A stretch of 63,608 nucleotides of DNA, counting the filler, from Folioceros fuciformis (lineage: Eukaryota), in the NCBI GenBank assembly GCA_049999805.1. It is 8 parts of 8 records of this genome, joined end to end, with 100 filler letters (N's around TTAATTAATTAA, not from the genome) between each part and the next. Parts side by side here need not be neighbours in the genome. Positions count along the whole stretch, not along the records: positions 15,150 to 19,886 come from JBNGIO010003933.1; positions 19,987 to 33,568 come from JBNGIO010003934.1; 6 more parts are not named here. The stretch is one strand, 5' to 3'. Below the pieces are notes generated by a model. It made no database searches and was not told where the DNA came from. It saw only the letters and a list, made by a program, of their open reading frames with translations. Below, in pieces: positions 15,280 to 27,990 of this stretch. The first letter of the stretch is position 1; each line of letters starts with the position of its first letter. The translations under genes and the position numbers were made by a program.

Positions 15280-16141
15280 CGTCCCCAATAGAGTTGGGTA
15301 GTTAGGATCAGACATGGTAGAGGGGGTAGTTTAAGCATTTAAAGACACAGTTTAATGCGCTTAAGCGCTGTGGCAGGTGAGAGACCATCGATGGCTGCCT
15401 ACCCGACCAACCATCCAAACCGACAGTAGCCAGGAACTCTATAAGAGTCATAGGGCTCAAGAGATAAAGTGGTCGTTCCCCGTTTTTCACCAAGCCTGAG
15501 CACACTTGTTTGTGTTCCAACGAGTGCGCTCCTGCCGGCTACGTTGTCTGCATGTCTGGTAGCTTTGTGGGGATCGTGACGGCCCAGACACCTGGATGTG
15601 AGGTGCCGTGTTTCGCACGCACACCTGCGGTGTCCGACATGGGTGAGTTTGTCGAGAAGGGCCCGGGTCTTCGACTCAGCGCGAGCTCACTAGAGATCTT
15701 CGCTACCACCGCATCAGTGGTCCTCCTCGTGAACGAAGTCAAGTAACCACTCCCCTGACGAAGGAAGAACGCAGGAGTTGCATAGGTGGGTATGGAGTCG
15801 AGGAGTTGAGGGAGTTGAGTTGAGAAGGGAAGGCTGGGCTGAGAGGATAAGATCGAGGAGAAGAAAAGACGAGAGCAAGAGAGGAAGTAATGGACTGGAC
15901 ACAAGGAACTAACCGGGGAAGAGAGTGAGGAACGTGGGTGTCCTACCGGAGTGAGTCGCCGACAGCAGAGGCGTGGGTGGCAGGCAGGAGGTGTATTCAG
16001 GCTCGCGAGGGTCGTGGTAGAAGAGAGGTACGAGTAGAGTCNNNNNNNNNNNNNNNNNNNNNNNNNNNNNNNNNNNNNNNNNNNNNNNNNNNNNNNNNNN
16101 NNNNNNNNNNNNNNNNNNNNNNNNNNNNNNNNNNNNNNNNN

Positions 16142-19100
16142 GTCCCAGGGTTTTTTCCACCACAACTGTTCACCTAGAATACACTCACAATATCTTGGAG
16201 TCGGGTCAAGATGAGGGTGGTAGGTTTGTGTGGTTGGTGTTGCAAACACCTCAAGGCCCACTCGGCATCTGTAATATTTATGCCCCCAATGCTGCCTCTG
16301 ACAGGAGTAGTCTCTGGTGTAGGCTAGGGGAACAACTGGATGAGCAGATCCCGTGGATGCTGGCTGGGGATTTCAACTTTGTTGAAAAACGGGAAGATAT
16401 CCGAGGGGAGAGCCCAATAGATATTCAGTCGGGGCCCATGTCTTGGCAGGAACTGAGAGACACTATCTTGGTTGTACAGGATCCGTGGCTGGCCCTCCCA
16501 GCGCATCGTCAGCCGCAATCCTTGAAGTTCAGTTGGACTAACCAACAATAACAGAATTTGGGAGCGTGCAGATTGGACAGGTTCTATGTTCCGTCTGGGT
16601 GGTTACCCCTTGTGCAGTCGTACAGTATTCTCGTTGGTATGATCCTATCGAACCATCACCCAATTAGCTTGCACTTGAGGCTTGCTCCTTCCTCAGAGCG
16701 GTAGAGGAGGCATATGCAAAACTTTCGGGTGAACACGTCCTTACTTAAGGAAAAAGGTGTGTTCGAAGAGGTCAAAAACATCTGGCAAGGAATAGAATAG
16801 GGGAAAGAACCTGTTGTGTCCAGATTGATATGTGCTAACAACGTAGCGACTAGGTATTTGAGGAAACGGGGGGTCCAACGGGCGAAGGAACTACGCCAGC
16901 AAGAATGTTTTTGGAGAGAGGAACTAAGCGGGCTACAAAGGAGTTGTGAGGAGCGGGACTTCACAATCGAAGAAGAATCCTGGAAAATAGAGGTGCAATG
17001 CGCTTTGGCCAAATTGGAAGAAGATAGAGCCAAAGGTTGGTTTAAATGAGCAAAGTTTAAGAGGGTGAGGGAAGGGGACGGTCCGTCTAAATTCTTTTTC
17101 GATAAGGTGGCTGCTAAGCGGCACAGGTCGCGCATTCCTGCTCTCCCGGATGCGCAAGGAGTGGTGCAAGAGTCGCTTGAAGGTTTGAAAAAGCTCATCA
17201 CCCTCTTCTTTGTGGGAATTTTTTCCAGCGTTGGGAAGGTGGCAAGGTGGGAGCAGCTCTTGTCATCTTCCTACGGGTCACTCTCGGCTAAAGTGTCTGA
17301 AGTCCAGCGTAGGGCACTAAATAAGCCGATTACTGTAGATGAAGTGCTCCAGGCTCTGAAGGGGATGCCGAGGAATAAATCCCCGGGTCATGACGATATC
17401 CCGCATGAGTTTCTGCTATGGGGGTGGGAGTTTATGGAGCCTTTATTCATGGAGGCGGTGGACATGATCTCGGAGGAAGGTAGCATGGGGAGTTGGTTTA
17501 ACATGGGGGTCATCGCCTTGCTCCCTAAGCAGAACACCAGTCTATCAATCTCAAATTGGTGCCCAATTACATCGCTTACAACTACGTACAAGGTGATAGC
17601 CAAGGTTTTGGCCAGCCTCATCAAGCCTTTTCTGGATGATTGGATTGAGAAAGAGTAGCGAGGGTTCATCCTAAACAGATGCATCTTTGACAACCTTCTA
17701 CTCTTGCGGGAAGCTAAGTATAATACGCAGGTTCAGAAGAAAGCTGTCGTTTTCATTTCCCTGGATTTTTACAAGGCTTATGATTCCATTGAGTGGCACT
17801 TCTTATGGATGTGCTTGCGTAGCTTTGGGTTTGGGAATAACTTCTATAGGTGGATCGCCATTTTGTGTGAAGATGCAGGGGCCAAGGTAGCTGTCAATGG
17901 ATCCTTTATGGAGCGTTTTGGCATTCATCGGTTGGTACGTCAAGGTTGCCCCCTAGCTCCATTCTTATTTATTATTATTACTGACTTCTTCCTCTGAGCA
18001 GTTAAACAAGACTAGGCAGTTTAGGGTATTTGCAACCCAGACAAATCGCAGTTAAGGGTCTCTGCGTTTGCAGATGATGCCCTTCTTTCTTCCTTGGCAG
18101 AGGAGGCCTCTTTGAATGCTCTGCTCCAGCAGGTCAAGGTCTTTGGGGAGTTGTCGGGTTGCAAGGTTAATTGGAGTAAGACTCGCATGATGTGTCTACA
18201 CATGGAAGGGGAGCTACCTCCATGCATTCGGCACATTTGGAGAGTGACGTAGGGGTTCTCTCACAAATATATAGGACTTCCCTTCCATGAGGGAGATGAG
18301 AATAGTGAGATAGATAAGTATGTGTGCCTCAGATTCATTCGCAAAGCAGCGAGCTTGCAGCTGTTAGAGCTTAACCTTGCAGGAAGGCTGGTGGTGATTA
18401 ACCATATCCTAACAGCCTCTCTATGGTATTATTTGTTCTTGCGTGCCCCTTCCAAGACAGAGGTGAAACGATTGCAACAGGTGTTGACTTCATTCCTGTG
18501 GAAACGTGCGGGGGATAGCTCAGCTGGGTGCTCTAAGGTGGCTTGGCAACACATTATTCAGACACGTAGTTTGGGGGGGGGCTTAGGGTGGTTGATCCGG
18601 TTGCCAAGATGAAAGTCTTGCATGCTTAGTGGGTTGTCAGGGCGGCGGATCTTGCCTACTACCCTTGGAAGAGCCTGCTAACACAACATCTGGAGTGCAC
18701 TCAAGCTATCCCTAGAGGAAGGAGGTCTATTGACAACATCCTTGCTAATAAACCACTTCTCGATACGGTAGAGTGCTCCCCACTCTTCAAGTCAATCTGG
18801 AGTAGTTACTTAGAGGTTAAGCGGTGCATTATCCCTAGTAACCCTTTTCACGTTGATGATGTTCTGGGTGTTCCTTTGCAAGGTTTCTCGAGGTTGTGGG
18901 CTCAAGAGTTTAGGGCAAGGGTGTATCGGTCACAAATCTTCGGATTGGCGTGTCAGAAAGGAGTTATCTAGCTTGGTCACTTATGGAACAGATCATAGGC
19001 CCGTTGGAAGGAGGTGGAGGAGGTCAAGGGTGAATTTGGTTTAGTGACTAGACATATTAGGCTCATTTTTTCATGGCTGCAAGAAGGGTTAGAGGATAAG

Positions 19101-19886
19101 GCAACAACCTACCCGGGGCGCCGAGGGGTGGTATGTGTACTCCATGGATAGTAAGGGAGTGGATTGTGAGGAGGATGAATAGAAGGAAGACCTAGAATTG
19201 GATAGGGCTGTTTGGCTTGCAGGTACGGCTGACAAAGAAGAATTGTGGTCATTCAAGGTCTTGTCGCTTGAAGGGCTTTTGGAAGATCAGGGCAGGGATG
19301 ACGGTGATATCCAAAGAGGGGAACTGAGGGCCATCACGGTCCTCTCTAAGTCTGTTCGCGCAGGGTGGTGGTGCACTCAAGTTAAACGTTCTTGTGGGCC
19401 ACAAACTTTGGACAAACTAGTCCTACGATGTTGGTTTCGGCTTGTGGAAAATTGGGATTTGGCCTTAAGACCATATCTCTACAAATGGCCTAGGAGGCTA
19501 GGGTGCAAGGCGGTCATCCTTTGGTCTTTCTTCAACTTCCCAACGGCGGACATCTTCCTCTGGATGGTACGAGTGCAGAAACTCAAGCAACGGCAACCAA
19601 TGGCTCCTGGCTACAGCTATCTGTGCGGCGACAAAGGGAAGTTATCAAGTTGCTTTGGAAGTCAGTAGGAATTCCTCCCAAGGTTAGGACAACGGTCTGG
19701 TGCTTTTTTCAAGCTTGTTTGCCTAATGCGAATCGTTGGGATGGGTTGTTGGCTGCAACATGAGAAGACTTGTGTCGACTGTGCACCTCTGGTGCCCCAA
19801 ACAAAAGCCAGCACATGTTCTTCCACTGCAATTTTGCCCAAGAGATATGGAGTGAGGTGGGCAGTTGGTTGTAAAGGATTCTCCCT
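16142..19886 (+). mobile_element. Degenerate L1-clade LINE ORF2 (APE endonuclease + RT + C-terminal zinc region)
   Basis: NIYAPN, WMLAGDFN, RLDRFYV, SNHHP, KSPGHDD, NWCPITSL, LDFYKAYD, VRQGCPLAP, FADDA and KVAW motifs, with many stops and frameshifts. Confidence 0.93.
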
Positions 19887-19987
19887 NNNNNNNNNNNNNN
19901 NNNNNNNNNNNNNNNNNNNNNNNNNNNNNNTTAATTAATTAANNNNNNNNNNNNNNNNNNNNNNNNNNNNNNNNNNNNNNNNNNNNA

Positions 19988-20981
19988 GCCATGTTCTTAG
20001 GCCAGAGGCACTGTAGAGAGTAGATTGCCAAATCTCACAAAGAATTTGAAGCGAGTTGCAGGAAGCAGGATCATCTCCATTGAACATGCCCGCAGTCCAG
20101 TAAATCCATGGGGTGTGTAAGATGGCCATCTTCAAGATAGGCCACCATTGTGTTGAAAAGCCATGCGGGTTTCACCGCGAGAAGCGCTTCACAACAGGCG
20201 GAAACCTTGCCTAGCTGTGGGCTTGGATAAAGGGCACGAAGTGCAGCAATGGTGTCCTCAATTGCAGAGGCAGCCGGCTCTATGCGCAATGCTCTAGTAG
20301 CCCGAGCATATTCACCATCCCTGCCCAACATGAGACACCGCTTGAGACGCGCTTTAAATGGGTCATGGCACACCTTATCAACCTTAGCTGACTCCAATCG
20401 AGATTTTGTTGCTAGTAAATCCTCCTCTTGAAGAGCTTGCCAATCTCCGGATCGAAAACGGCGAAGTCGAGAGGCCACCTCCCTATGACATGACGGACCA
20501 CCCCTAGAGCGCCGGAGGCACCATCTATGCAGGAAAAGGAACAAAATCCAAGCACCCTCATCCCTCGAGTCCCGAGCAAGGTGATCCAAGGGAATACGAT
20601 AAGCAAGGCAAATATCACCATGTAGGCACCTAGGGAGACGTCGGAAGAGGCGAGGAAATGGAAAACGAGCATGGAAAAGAGCCAACAAGTGATCAGATTA
20701 CCCTTGAAGCCACAACCAAGCCTTCGGGGACGGCCCCAGAGGATCTGTTAGAAGAGGATTAGCACTTGGTTCGGAGGAAGAAGCAAGTCGCACTTGTGCC
20801 ACCAAGTGGTCCTATCGAAGTCCTTATGCTTGTGACCAATATGGCATTTCACCCCCTTGACCCCGGAGCAAAGTTGAGAACACACTGGGCAAGGGGTGTC
20901 CTTGAAAGGTAAAGGCTGGGTGTCACACGCCATGTGATAGAGGCTTGTAGAAAGTCTTGTAAAATGATCAAAACCAGACAA
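19988..20981 (-). mobile_element. 5' part of a CRE-clade (Cnl1/MoTeR-like) non-LTR retrotransposon ORF with an N-terminal C2H2 zinc finger
   Basis: CPVCSQLCSGVKGVKCHIGHKH zinc finger, then AWILFLFLHRWCLRRSRGG...RLRRFRSGDWQAL and GEYARATRAL...TIAALRALYP. From recalled family patterns this is the pre-RT region typical of CRE-like elements. The RT itself is not present. Confidence 0.6.
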
Positions 20982-21045
20982 TTGTAATCCTCATTGTAAC
21001 CCATAACCCTATAATGCCCTCCATAAGCTCCACTCTGAGCCGCTC

Positions 21046-21260
21046 AACCCTAGACCCATTTTGCTCCACAATGATTATAAAACCCTAAACCCACTTTTCT
21101 CCATCGTATCACTAAACCCTAAACCTGTTCAGCTTTGCCATGTCACTAAACCCTAAACGTATTTTTGCTCCATAATGCTGATAAAAACCCTAATCCATTT
21201 TTCTCCACCATATCACTACACCCTAAACCCACTCCACTCTGCCATGTGCCTAAACCCTAA
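21046..21260. repeat. Higher-order repeat of ~34-bp units, each starting with a telomere-like AACCCTAA(A), organised ABC-ABC
   Basis: Seven (A/C)ACCCTA(A/G) cores spaced ~34 bp apart. Units 1/4, 2/5 and 3/6 are pairwise most similar. Confidence 0.8.
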
Positions 21261-21953
21261 GTCAAGTACTGATCCAAGTATAACCGCTTGAATTAATTCT
21301 TTTGGACAAATGGATGGTGTTGCCAGCTCAGCACTTCACAACACAAACTCCATCACTTCCCAGCCAACAAGGACTTGAGTAGTTTCTCAGGCTCATTTTT
21401 TTTCCTCTAGAATTCCAATTGTACCCACCAAGATATCTCCATGCTCCCATAGCCTTTTGCTCTTGGTGTAATCTCCATACTTTTGGTCTTTGCATTAATC
21501 AACTATTTATGATAACCGGCTCTTGGATATTCTCCAGCAAGTGCTAGAGCACATGGGTGCACGAGAGTAGGGTTTAGGGTTCACACTTCAGTTCTTGACG
21601 CCGGCATTACAGGTTAGAATTGAATGCACTGTTGAAAGAAGTGTGAGGATTCCAGTGTTCCTAAAGTCCGACGGCGTGGTCGATGAGGTCGGTTCATGCA
21701 TAGGCTTATTGCCACCCTCTCAGATCCCCGGAGTATGCTACTCTAAGGAAATCACAAGCGTTGCACGGAATACTGTCTCCACGGCGGGCAGGGAAGGATG
21801 CTCAACTCACAAATAATATTCCGCGTTCTGCACGAATTGTGCGATGTACACAACATGGACATGCCATGAAAACTACAACTACATCTGTCCCTCACGTTTC
21901 AAATAGAACAACATTGTTCAAGGACGCCAGCTTTAGAATGTTCCTACTCGCTA

Positions 21954-23204
21954 TTAGTGGCCGGAAGGTTCGGCAGCGTGGGCCTCCAACATTCCGCCAC
22001 GAATCTGCTCCGCAATATCGCGCACGGAACCTGGTCCATGAGGGATGAAAACGGTTGTGTTCTTGGACGAAGCTCCCACATCCTTCATGGTGTCGAAGTA
22101 CTGGGTCAACAAAACCATATCGAGCACATCTTTCGTTGACGTCCCCGGCACGTTGCTGGAGAAGCCCAAAACGCTCTCCCTCAGACCCTCCACAATAGCC
22201 TGCCTCTGCCTGGCTACACCAACTCCAGAAAGATACTTGGATTCGGCTTCTGCTTCTGCTCTCTTCACCAGAAGAATCTTCTCAGCTTCAGCCTTCTCCA
22301 TAGCTGCGACCCTCATTCTGGAAGCTGCACACGGGGAGGGGGGAGGCAAGATGTTAGTGAGAATAATTCTCGCTTGGCCGAGAAAGAAGACTGGCAGGCA
22401 GGAAGAGAAGGCCACAGTACCTGCGTTGATGTCATTCATGGCTTTCTTCACGGTCTCATCCGGTTCCACGTCAACAATGAGAGTCTGAACGATTTGATAC
22501 CCGTAGGTTGTCATAGCCTGAAAACGAGAAATTATGAGTTCTAGGCCGGACTGCGCACATGACAACATATAACTATAGCTGTTGGAAACGTCCAAAGTTG
22601 GCACTCACCTTCTCCAACTCGTCGTCGACTGCTTTGGCAATTTCATTTTTCTGCTCGAAGACCTTATCCAAGTCCATTCTGGGCACGAAGGCTCTCACGA
22701 CTGTACAAACATGATAACGTCAGAAGATCGGGGAAAGAATATACATGCGTGCGGGGAGAGAAGCAAAACTCGCTACGTAATCTCACCATCAAAAACGTAG
22801 GACTGGATTTGCTTTCTTGGGTTTGAAAGCTTGTAGAAAGCCTCCTCTGCATGGTCCAGGATCGCTTTGTACTGCACCGATGCCACGACTGTGACAAACA
22901 CGTTGTCCTGCACAGTATTATTCACCCCGTGATGAAACCTACAGCTTCTTCAGCATCAACTCCGGATCCGGGTCCAGATCCTGTTCAGCACTCAAAACAA
23001 ATCATGAGCACAGACCTTGGTCTTAGTCTCGCAGCGCACATCCAATTGCTGCACTCTGAGCGAAAGTATGCCGGCTATACGGTTGCCAAAAAGCCAATTC
23101 ACACAGTGGCATCCAGGTTGTACGATTTGGTCAAATTTTCCCCAGGTTTCCTTGATGGCAATGGTGGATTGCCCCACCTGCACACAGCAGAGTAGGTTGC
23201 CCAT
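21954..23204 (-). CDS. HIR: Hypersensitive-induced reaction (HIR) protein, SPFH/band-7 family, multi-exon
   Basis: [13 protein letters not shown] (myristoylation/palmitoylation-type start), [12 protein letters not shown] / [13 protein letters not shown] / YVFD / VVRAFVP / [20 protein letters not shown] / [10 protein letters not shown]...[18 protein letters not shown]...TQYFDTMK...FIPHGPG, stop at 21954. Confidence 0.95.
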
Positions 23205-25591
23205 GGATTCCAAGCTCTGATCACCTACAACACCGTGTACACAGACATCAGCGTGCAATCCACCCGTTGCACAGCCAACACTGTCTAAATTTCACTGATA
23301 TGTACCACAATCTCACAAGACGGTGGAGATGCAGCCGATTACACCGAGGTGTGAACGGTCCAAGTCAGTCAGCCAGCTGTACTAGTTGGACACTCCTTAT
23401 GAACTACGGCTCGTCCTGATGCCGTTTTATAAGCCTCCCTCCTTGTGGGTTGCCCAAAGGGAGCAGTATCCGTTGAAGGAAGGTGCCACTCTGCCCATGA
23501 AGAGTCTGACTTCCGTCGCCCCACACACCTTAGCAGGTTTCGCATACGAGCTTCTAAGACTGGTAAGTGAAGACACAAGAACAAGAATTCTCGTTAAGTC
23601 TATTAAGGACTTAACAATTAGCACTTCAACGATCTAGCTACATACAGTATTTACTTGCACACCAAGACATCCTTCCCTTTCTGGGTACCATCTAAGTACA
23701 TACCGATCCGAGATTAGACTAATCTTCTGAAGAAATGGATGGTCGGACAAGCTCAGCACAAAAGGAGGGTCACAAACTCTGTATGGCCAGGAACTAGCTT
23801 ACTCACAGCAGCTTTTCAGGTCAACTTTTTGGCTCTGGAATTCTTGAGTCCAGGTACACAATCAAGATACATATGTATCTTCTGTGCAGAAGCCCCACAT
23901 AAATCCTCTTGCGTAACCTCGGTATTCTCGATCTTTCCATTGCCCTACGTACATGTATATACTTGTGATAAAAAGCAGCTCTTGAATATGCTGGAGCGAC
24001 TGCTAGAGCAAATTTGCCGTGAACTTGGGTAGGAGAGGGTAAGCACGCTGAGCAGAGCACTTGAGGAGCAAGCCCTCTGCATTCTGCAGGCCTTGTTGTA
24101 CCAGGGAGGCCCCGCCGGCTTTGTCCTGCAGCCTCCAATCCATTATCAACCTGTTTGGAAGTGCGAAAAGGTTCGGCTTTGTTGGACGCATGCAACAGCT
24201 CTGGCCGGCCAGCAAGTGGAGGGAGCCTTGGAAGACGGGCCCGCTCTTCGCACCCCGATGTCCTTTCTATTGTGACACACATGTCCTGCGTACATTGTGT
24301 ACATATGCATGTGTCTATCTATGTGCATATGGTGCCGGAGGGACGAGACGATGAGTGCTCGAGTGATCAATGATCTCAACTTGACGCTAGGGTTTGCCGT
24401 CACGACCGGAGGGGAAGGTGACAAAGCCCGGGAGGCCGGAACAGAAGCTTGTCGCTCCTGAGCCAAAAGGAGATGGGGAAAGCACAGTCGGCTAACACAG
24501 TGCAGAGCTAGAGTGGTGGGCAGGGCTGGGCCAGCCCTGCAGCAGCTAACTGCGTGCTGCGTGCCTGCGTGCTTCGTGCAACCCTCTTTCTTTCGCCATG
24601 TTGAGCGGGGAGGGGGGAGGCCCATCCAGCGGGCCCCCATTTTGGGACATTCATGGGAGGTCGCCAGCGGTGTTGCCACTTCTGTACCAGCATTTATTTA
24701 GACGCGGCTGCGTGGCCGGGACCCGCGGACCACATTTACGTCCTCGTCCTCGTGATGCCGTTTGGTACGACCAGCAGCTCCATCAGGCCTGCGCCTTGGA
24801 GCTCCTGCTTTTTACCTTCCTACGACCTTGCATCGTGGGTAGGCATCACCCTTTTTCTTATAGCCCAGCTCAACCTCTGACACTGATTTCCATCCAGTCC
24901 GCACCTGTCACCTCTGAGTCCGTCCAAATGTGCCTTGACATAACTTGAGCCTCCTTTGGTGCTTTCAGAAGTACAATACTGTACATTGTAGGTGTTTATG
25001 TACATCATTTGGATGTGCATGTATTTATTAGAACCTTCATTGGCCCTGGATTCGGAGAGACTGACACCGAACAGAAGAACGTTTGCAGTGGGATATCTCT
25101 CAGTGGGACTGGCGCTGCTGGCGGCAATGAAGGAGTGACGGACACGGAGATATGCACAGTACAGTACGAAGGCGGGTCACTGGGCTTCATTTTACTTGTA
25201 CATAGGCACACGAACTGTTCAAAATAGCCTGAGCTGATTTGCATACCTCTAAGGCGTTTGGGGTGGACTGGTGGACAGGGCATGAGTGCATCTTACGCTA
25301 CACGTACCTAGTCGTGTCCTGATGATACATATAATGGATGTCTGTGGGAAGGGGGAAAAATGACGCAGCAGGGGGGTTACTAGCACTGCTGCAGCACAAA
25401 CATCATTCCACGCGAACAGGTTTGGGATAAAGCATACAGACCCATGAGCTGAGCAACTTGGGCAAGTGGAACGGAAGCACAAAGGATAGCGAGACAGTCA
25501 AAATCTGGTTCACACCCGTGGCGAGCCCGCTTGCGAACGACCCACCTTCCGTCAGCTGCCTCAGTCTAGGCTAGGCTAGGCTAGGGCTAGG

Positions 25592-26920
25592 CTAGGCTAT
25601 GTGAACCCCATTCTCCCTGCCTTTGATGGTATCCCTGAAAAAGATGATGGCATCCCCGGGTGATGGCGACCTTTTCTTCAAGGACTCTGGGGGAGATGAG
25701 CACCTTTTCTTCATACCCTCCGTTGATGACTCGAAGGACACGGGTTTGGGAAAGTCCCTGGCGGACATCTCTACTACCAGTTCCAGTCCTTCGACGAGAT
25801 CACTCATTTTGGGCCTTGCCTTGGGATTCTTTATCAAGCACTGTGAAGCAAGAGAGGCCAGCTTGAGAGCTCCTCTCATGGAGAAGTTGCCCTCTAACCT
25901 GGGGTCCATGATCTGGAAGAACCTCTTGTTGTCCGCCATGTACGGCTTGATCCACTCTATCAGTCGTTGCTCCGGCTTGGGCCTGTTCTTGTCCATAGCT
26001 CTCCTTCCTGTCAACATTTCCAGTAGCACGACGCCGAAGCTCCACACATCACTCTTGGAGGTGAGGTGTCCAGTCTGGATGTACTCGGGGGCTGCATACC
26101 CTATGGTCCCCACTACCGTAGTGGTGACATGACTGTCACCCAGAAGAGGACCTTGTCTAGCGAGCCCGAAGTCGGAGAGCTTGGGATTGAAGTCGTTGTC
26201 CAGCAGCACGTTGGAGGCCTTGAAGTCCCGAAATATGATCTGAACATCCAGCTCCTCGTGCAAGTAGGCCAGCCCCCGGGCAGCTCCTAGCGCGATCTTG
26301 ACTCTCGTGTTCCACGACAGGGGAGTGGTATACCTGCGGAAAAGGTGGTCCTCCAAGCTCTTGTTGGGCACGAACTCGTAGACGAGCAATCTCTGCATCC
26401 CTCTGTCGTCATCCTCTGCACAGTAGCCCACTAACTTCACTAAGTGTGCATGCTCAACCAGGCCCAGCACATTGACCTCCGCCAGCCACTCCTTGTGGCC
26501 CTGGAGTCCCTTCCTGTTGAGTTGCTTGACCGCCACCTCCATCTTGTCCTCGTCATCGTACCTGTTGAGCTTAATTGAGCCCTTGTACACCCGGCCGAAC
26601 CCGCCCTCTCCTAACAAATTGCCCTTGAAGAAGTCGGAGGTGGCAGTCCTGAGCTCCGAGAAGGTGAAGGATCTGAGATCATCCGCCTTCTCGGACAAGA
26701 TGGAGGGTTGGCGCGGCTCCCGTAACTCGATACTAGGCTCGGAGTGGCTGGAGCGGTGGTAGAAGCTGAAGCCCGACTTGAAGGACTTGACGCTGGAGAC
26801 ATCGGTAGTGGAACCCGTACTGAAGGAAGCACCCAAGGAAGAGGAAGTCTTGCTCCTGGAATGCCCCGCTGCGGATTTCTGACTCCTGTCCGGCGACTGT
26901 GTGAAGAGGAAACACCGCAT
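25592..26920 (-). CDS. Receptor-like cytoplasmic kinase VII, PCRK/PBL19-type, intronless
   Basis: One ORF containing GEGGFG, VAVKQL, VGYCAEDDDRGMQRLLVYE (the subgroup VII-4 insertion), IIFRDFKASN, KLSDFGLAR, GYAAPEY and KSDVWSFG. Probable start MRCFLF at 26920; an upstream in-frame ATG lies at 27034. Confidence 0.93.
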   Translation of the reverse strand: MRCFLFTQSPDRSQKSAAGHSRSKTSSSLGASFSTGSTTDVSSVKSFKSGFSFYHRSSHSEPSIELREPRQPSILSEKADDLRSFTFSELRTATSDFFKGNLLGEGGFGRVYKGSIKLNRYDDEDKMEVAVKQLNRKGLQGHKEWLAEVNVLGLVEHAHLVKLVGYCAEDDDRGMQRLLVYEFVPNKSLEDHLFRRYTTPLSWNTRVKIALGAARGLAYLHEELDVQIIFRDFKASNVLLDNDFNPKLSDFGLARQGPLLGDSHVTTTVVGTIGYAAPEYIQTGHLTSKSDVWSFGVVLLEMLTGRRAMDKNRPKPEQRLIEWIKPYMADNKRFFQIMDPRLEGNFSMRGALKLASLASQCLIKNPKARPKMSDLVEGLELVVEMSARDFPKPVSFESSTEGMKKRCSSPPESLKKRSPSPGDAIIFFRDTIKGRENGVHIA

Positions 26921-27904
26921 CGTGGTGAGCCACCGCCGGCACTTCCTGGTGGTAGTCAGCCGCACCTTCTCCCCCAAGCAGGTTGCAGTCTCCACAAACT
27001 CCACGAATTTCCGGCGCGCCTTGCTATCACTCATCCGCCCCCGCTTGGTGTTCCAGCCGCCGGCTGAGGCAGAAGCGGACGCGATCTACGTCTGTGGCAT
27101 GGAAGCCGGTGACACCGAAGCAGAAGCAGCAGTGGCGAACGGTGAGTCCGTCGTGGCACGCGGCAGTCGAGCGCACATTTCGGCATCCAAATCTCACGCT
27201 CCCTGCTTCCGTGCCCTCAGATTCTTCCTTCTCAAGCTGGACACGGACACCTCCCCCGCCAACGCTGCCGCGGACTTCCTACGAAACCGCAACCGCAAAA
27301 GCCACCGCCTGGTGCAAGACAAGCTCATCCCGGTGTCTCACGGAAAGCGTCACCACCCCACCCCACCCCACCCCACCACTAGNNNNNNNNNNNNNNNNNN
27401 NNNNNNNNNNNNNNNNNNNNNNNNNNNNNNNNNNNNNNNNNNNNNNNNNNNNNNNNNNNNNNNNNNNNNNNNNNNNNNNNNNCCACTAGTCTCACCACGA
27501 TACTCTCCGCCGCGGCAGCGGCAAAGCCGAGATTCCACCACCGCCCACCAGAGCGCCCAAGCTGAGCTCCCTGAACATCGGACGAGACACTGGCTGCCAC
27601 AAAGCTACACTGTCCCCAGCCCTGTCCCTGCAGTAATTGGAGCAGGCCGGCACCCGCTCGCGCACTCTGCCTCAGCAGGCAGCGGGCAGCAGGCAGCAGG
27701 CCAGGCCTGCTCAGATGCGGCGGCACAGGCACAATTGTGTGAAGATCCGTAGGCCGGCGGGGCGGCGAGATGCCGTGCTCCGAGGCGGCTGCGGAAACAG
27801 AAGAAGCAGCGGCCGGTGCAGAGGCCTGCCGTGCCCTCGGTCTCTCAGAGGCCAGGAGCGGTAGAGCCGCAGACAGGGCGGGGACAGGGACAAGGGACAA
27901 GAAG

Positions 27905-27990
27905 CGGGCTCGGGTTCGGGCTCGGGTTCGGGATCAGGGTCCGGTTCGGGATCGGGATCGGGCTCGGGCTCGGGCTCGGGCTCGGATTGG
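27905..27990. repeat. (CTCGGG/ATCGGG)n hexamer microsatellite; related SSRs (GTCTC)n at 28260-28310, (GACCC)n at 29150-29197 and (CTAGG)n at 25566-25597
   Basis: Seen directly in the regions flanking the kinase gene. Confidence 0.9.
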
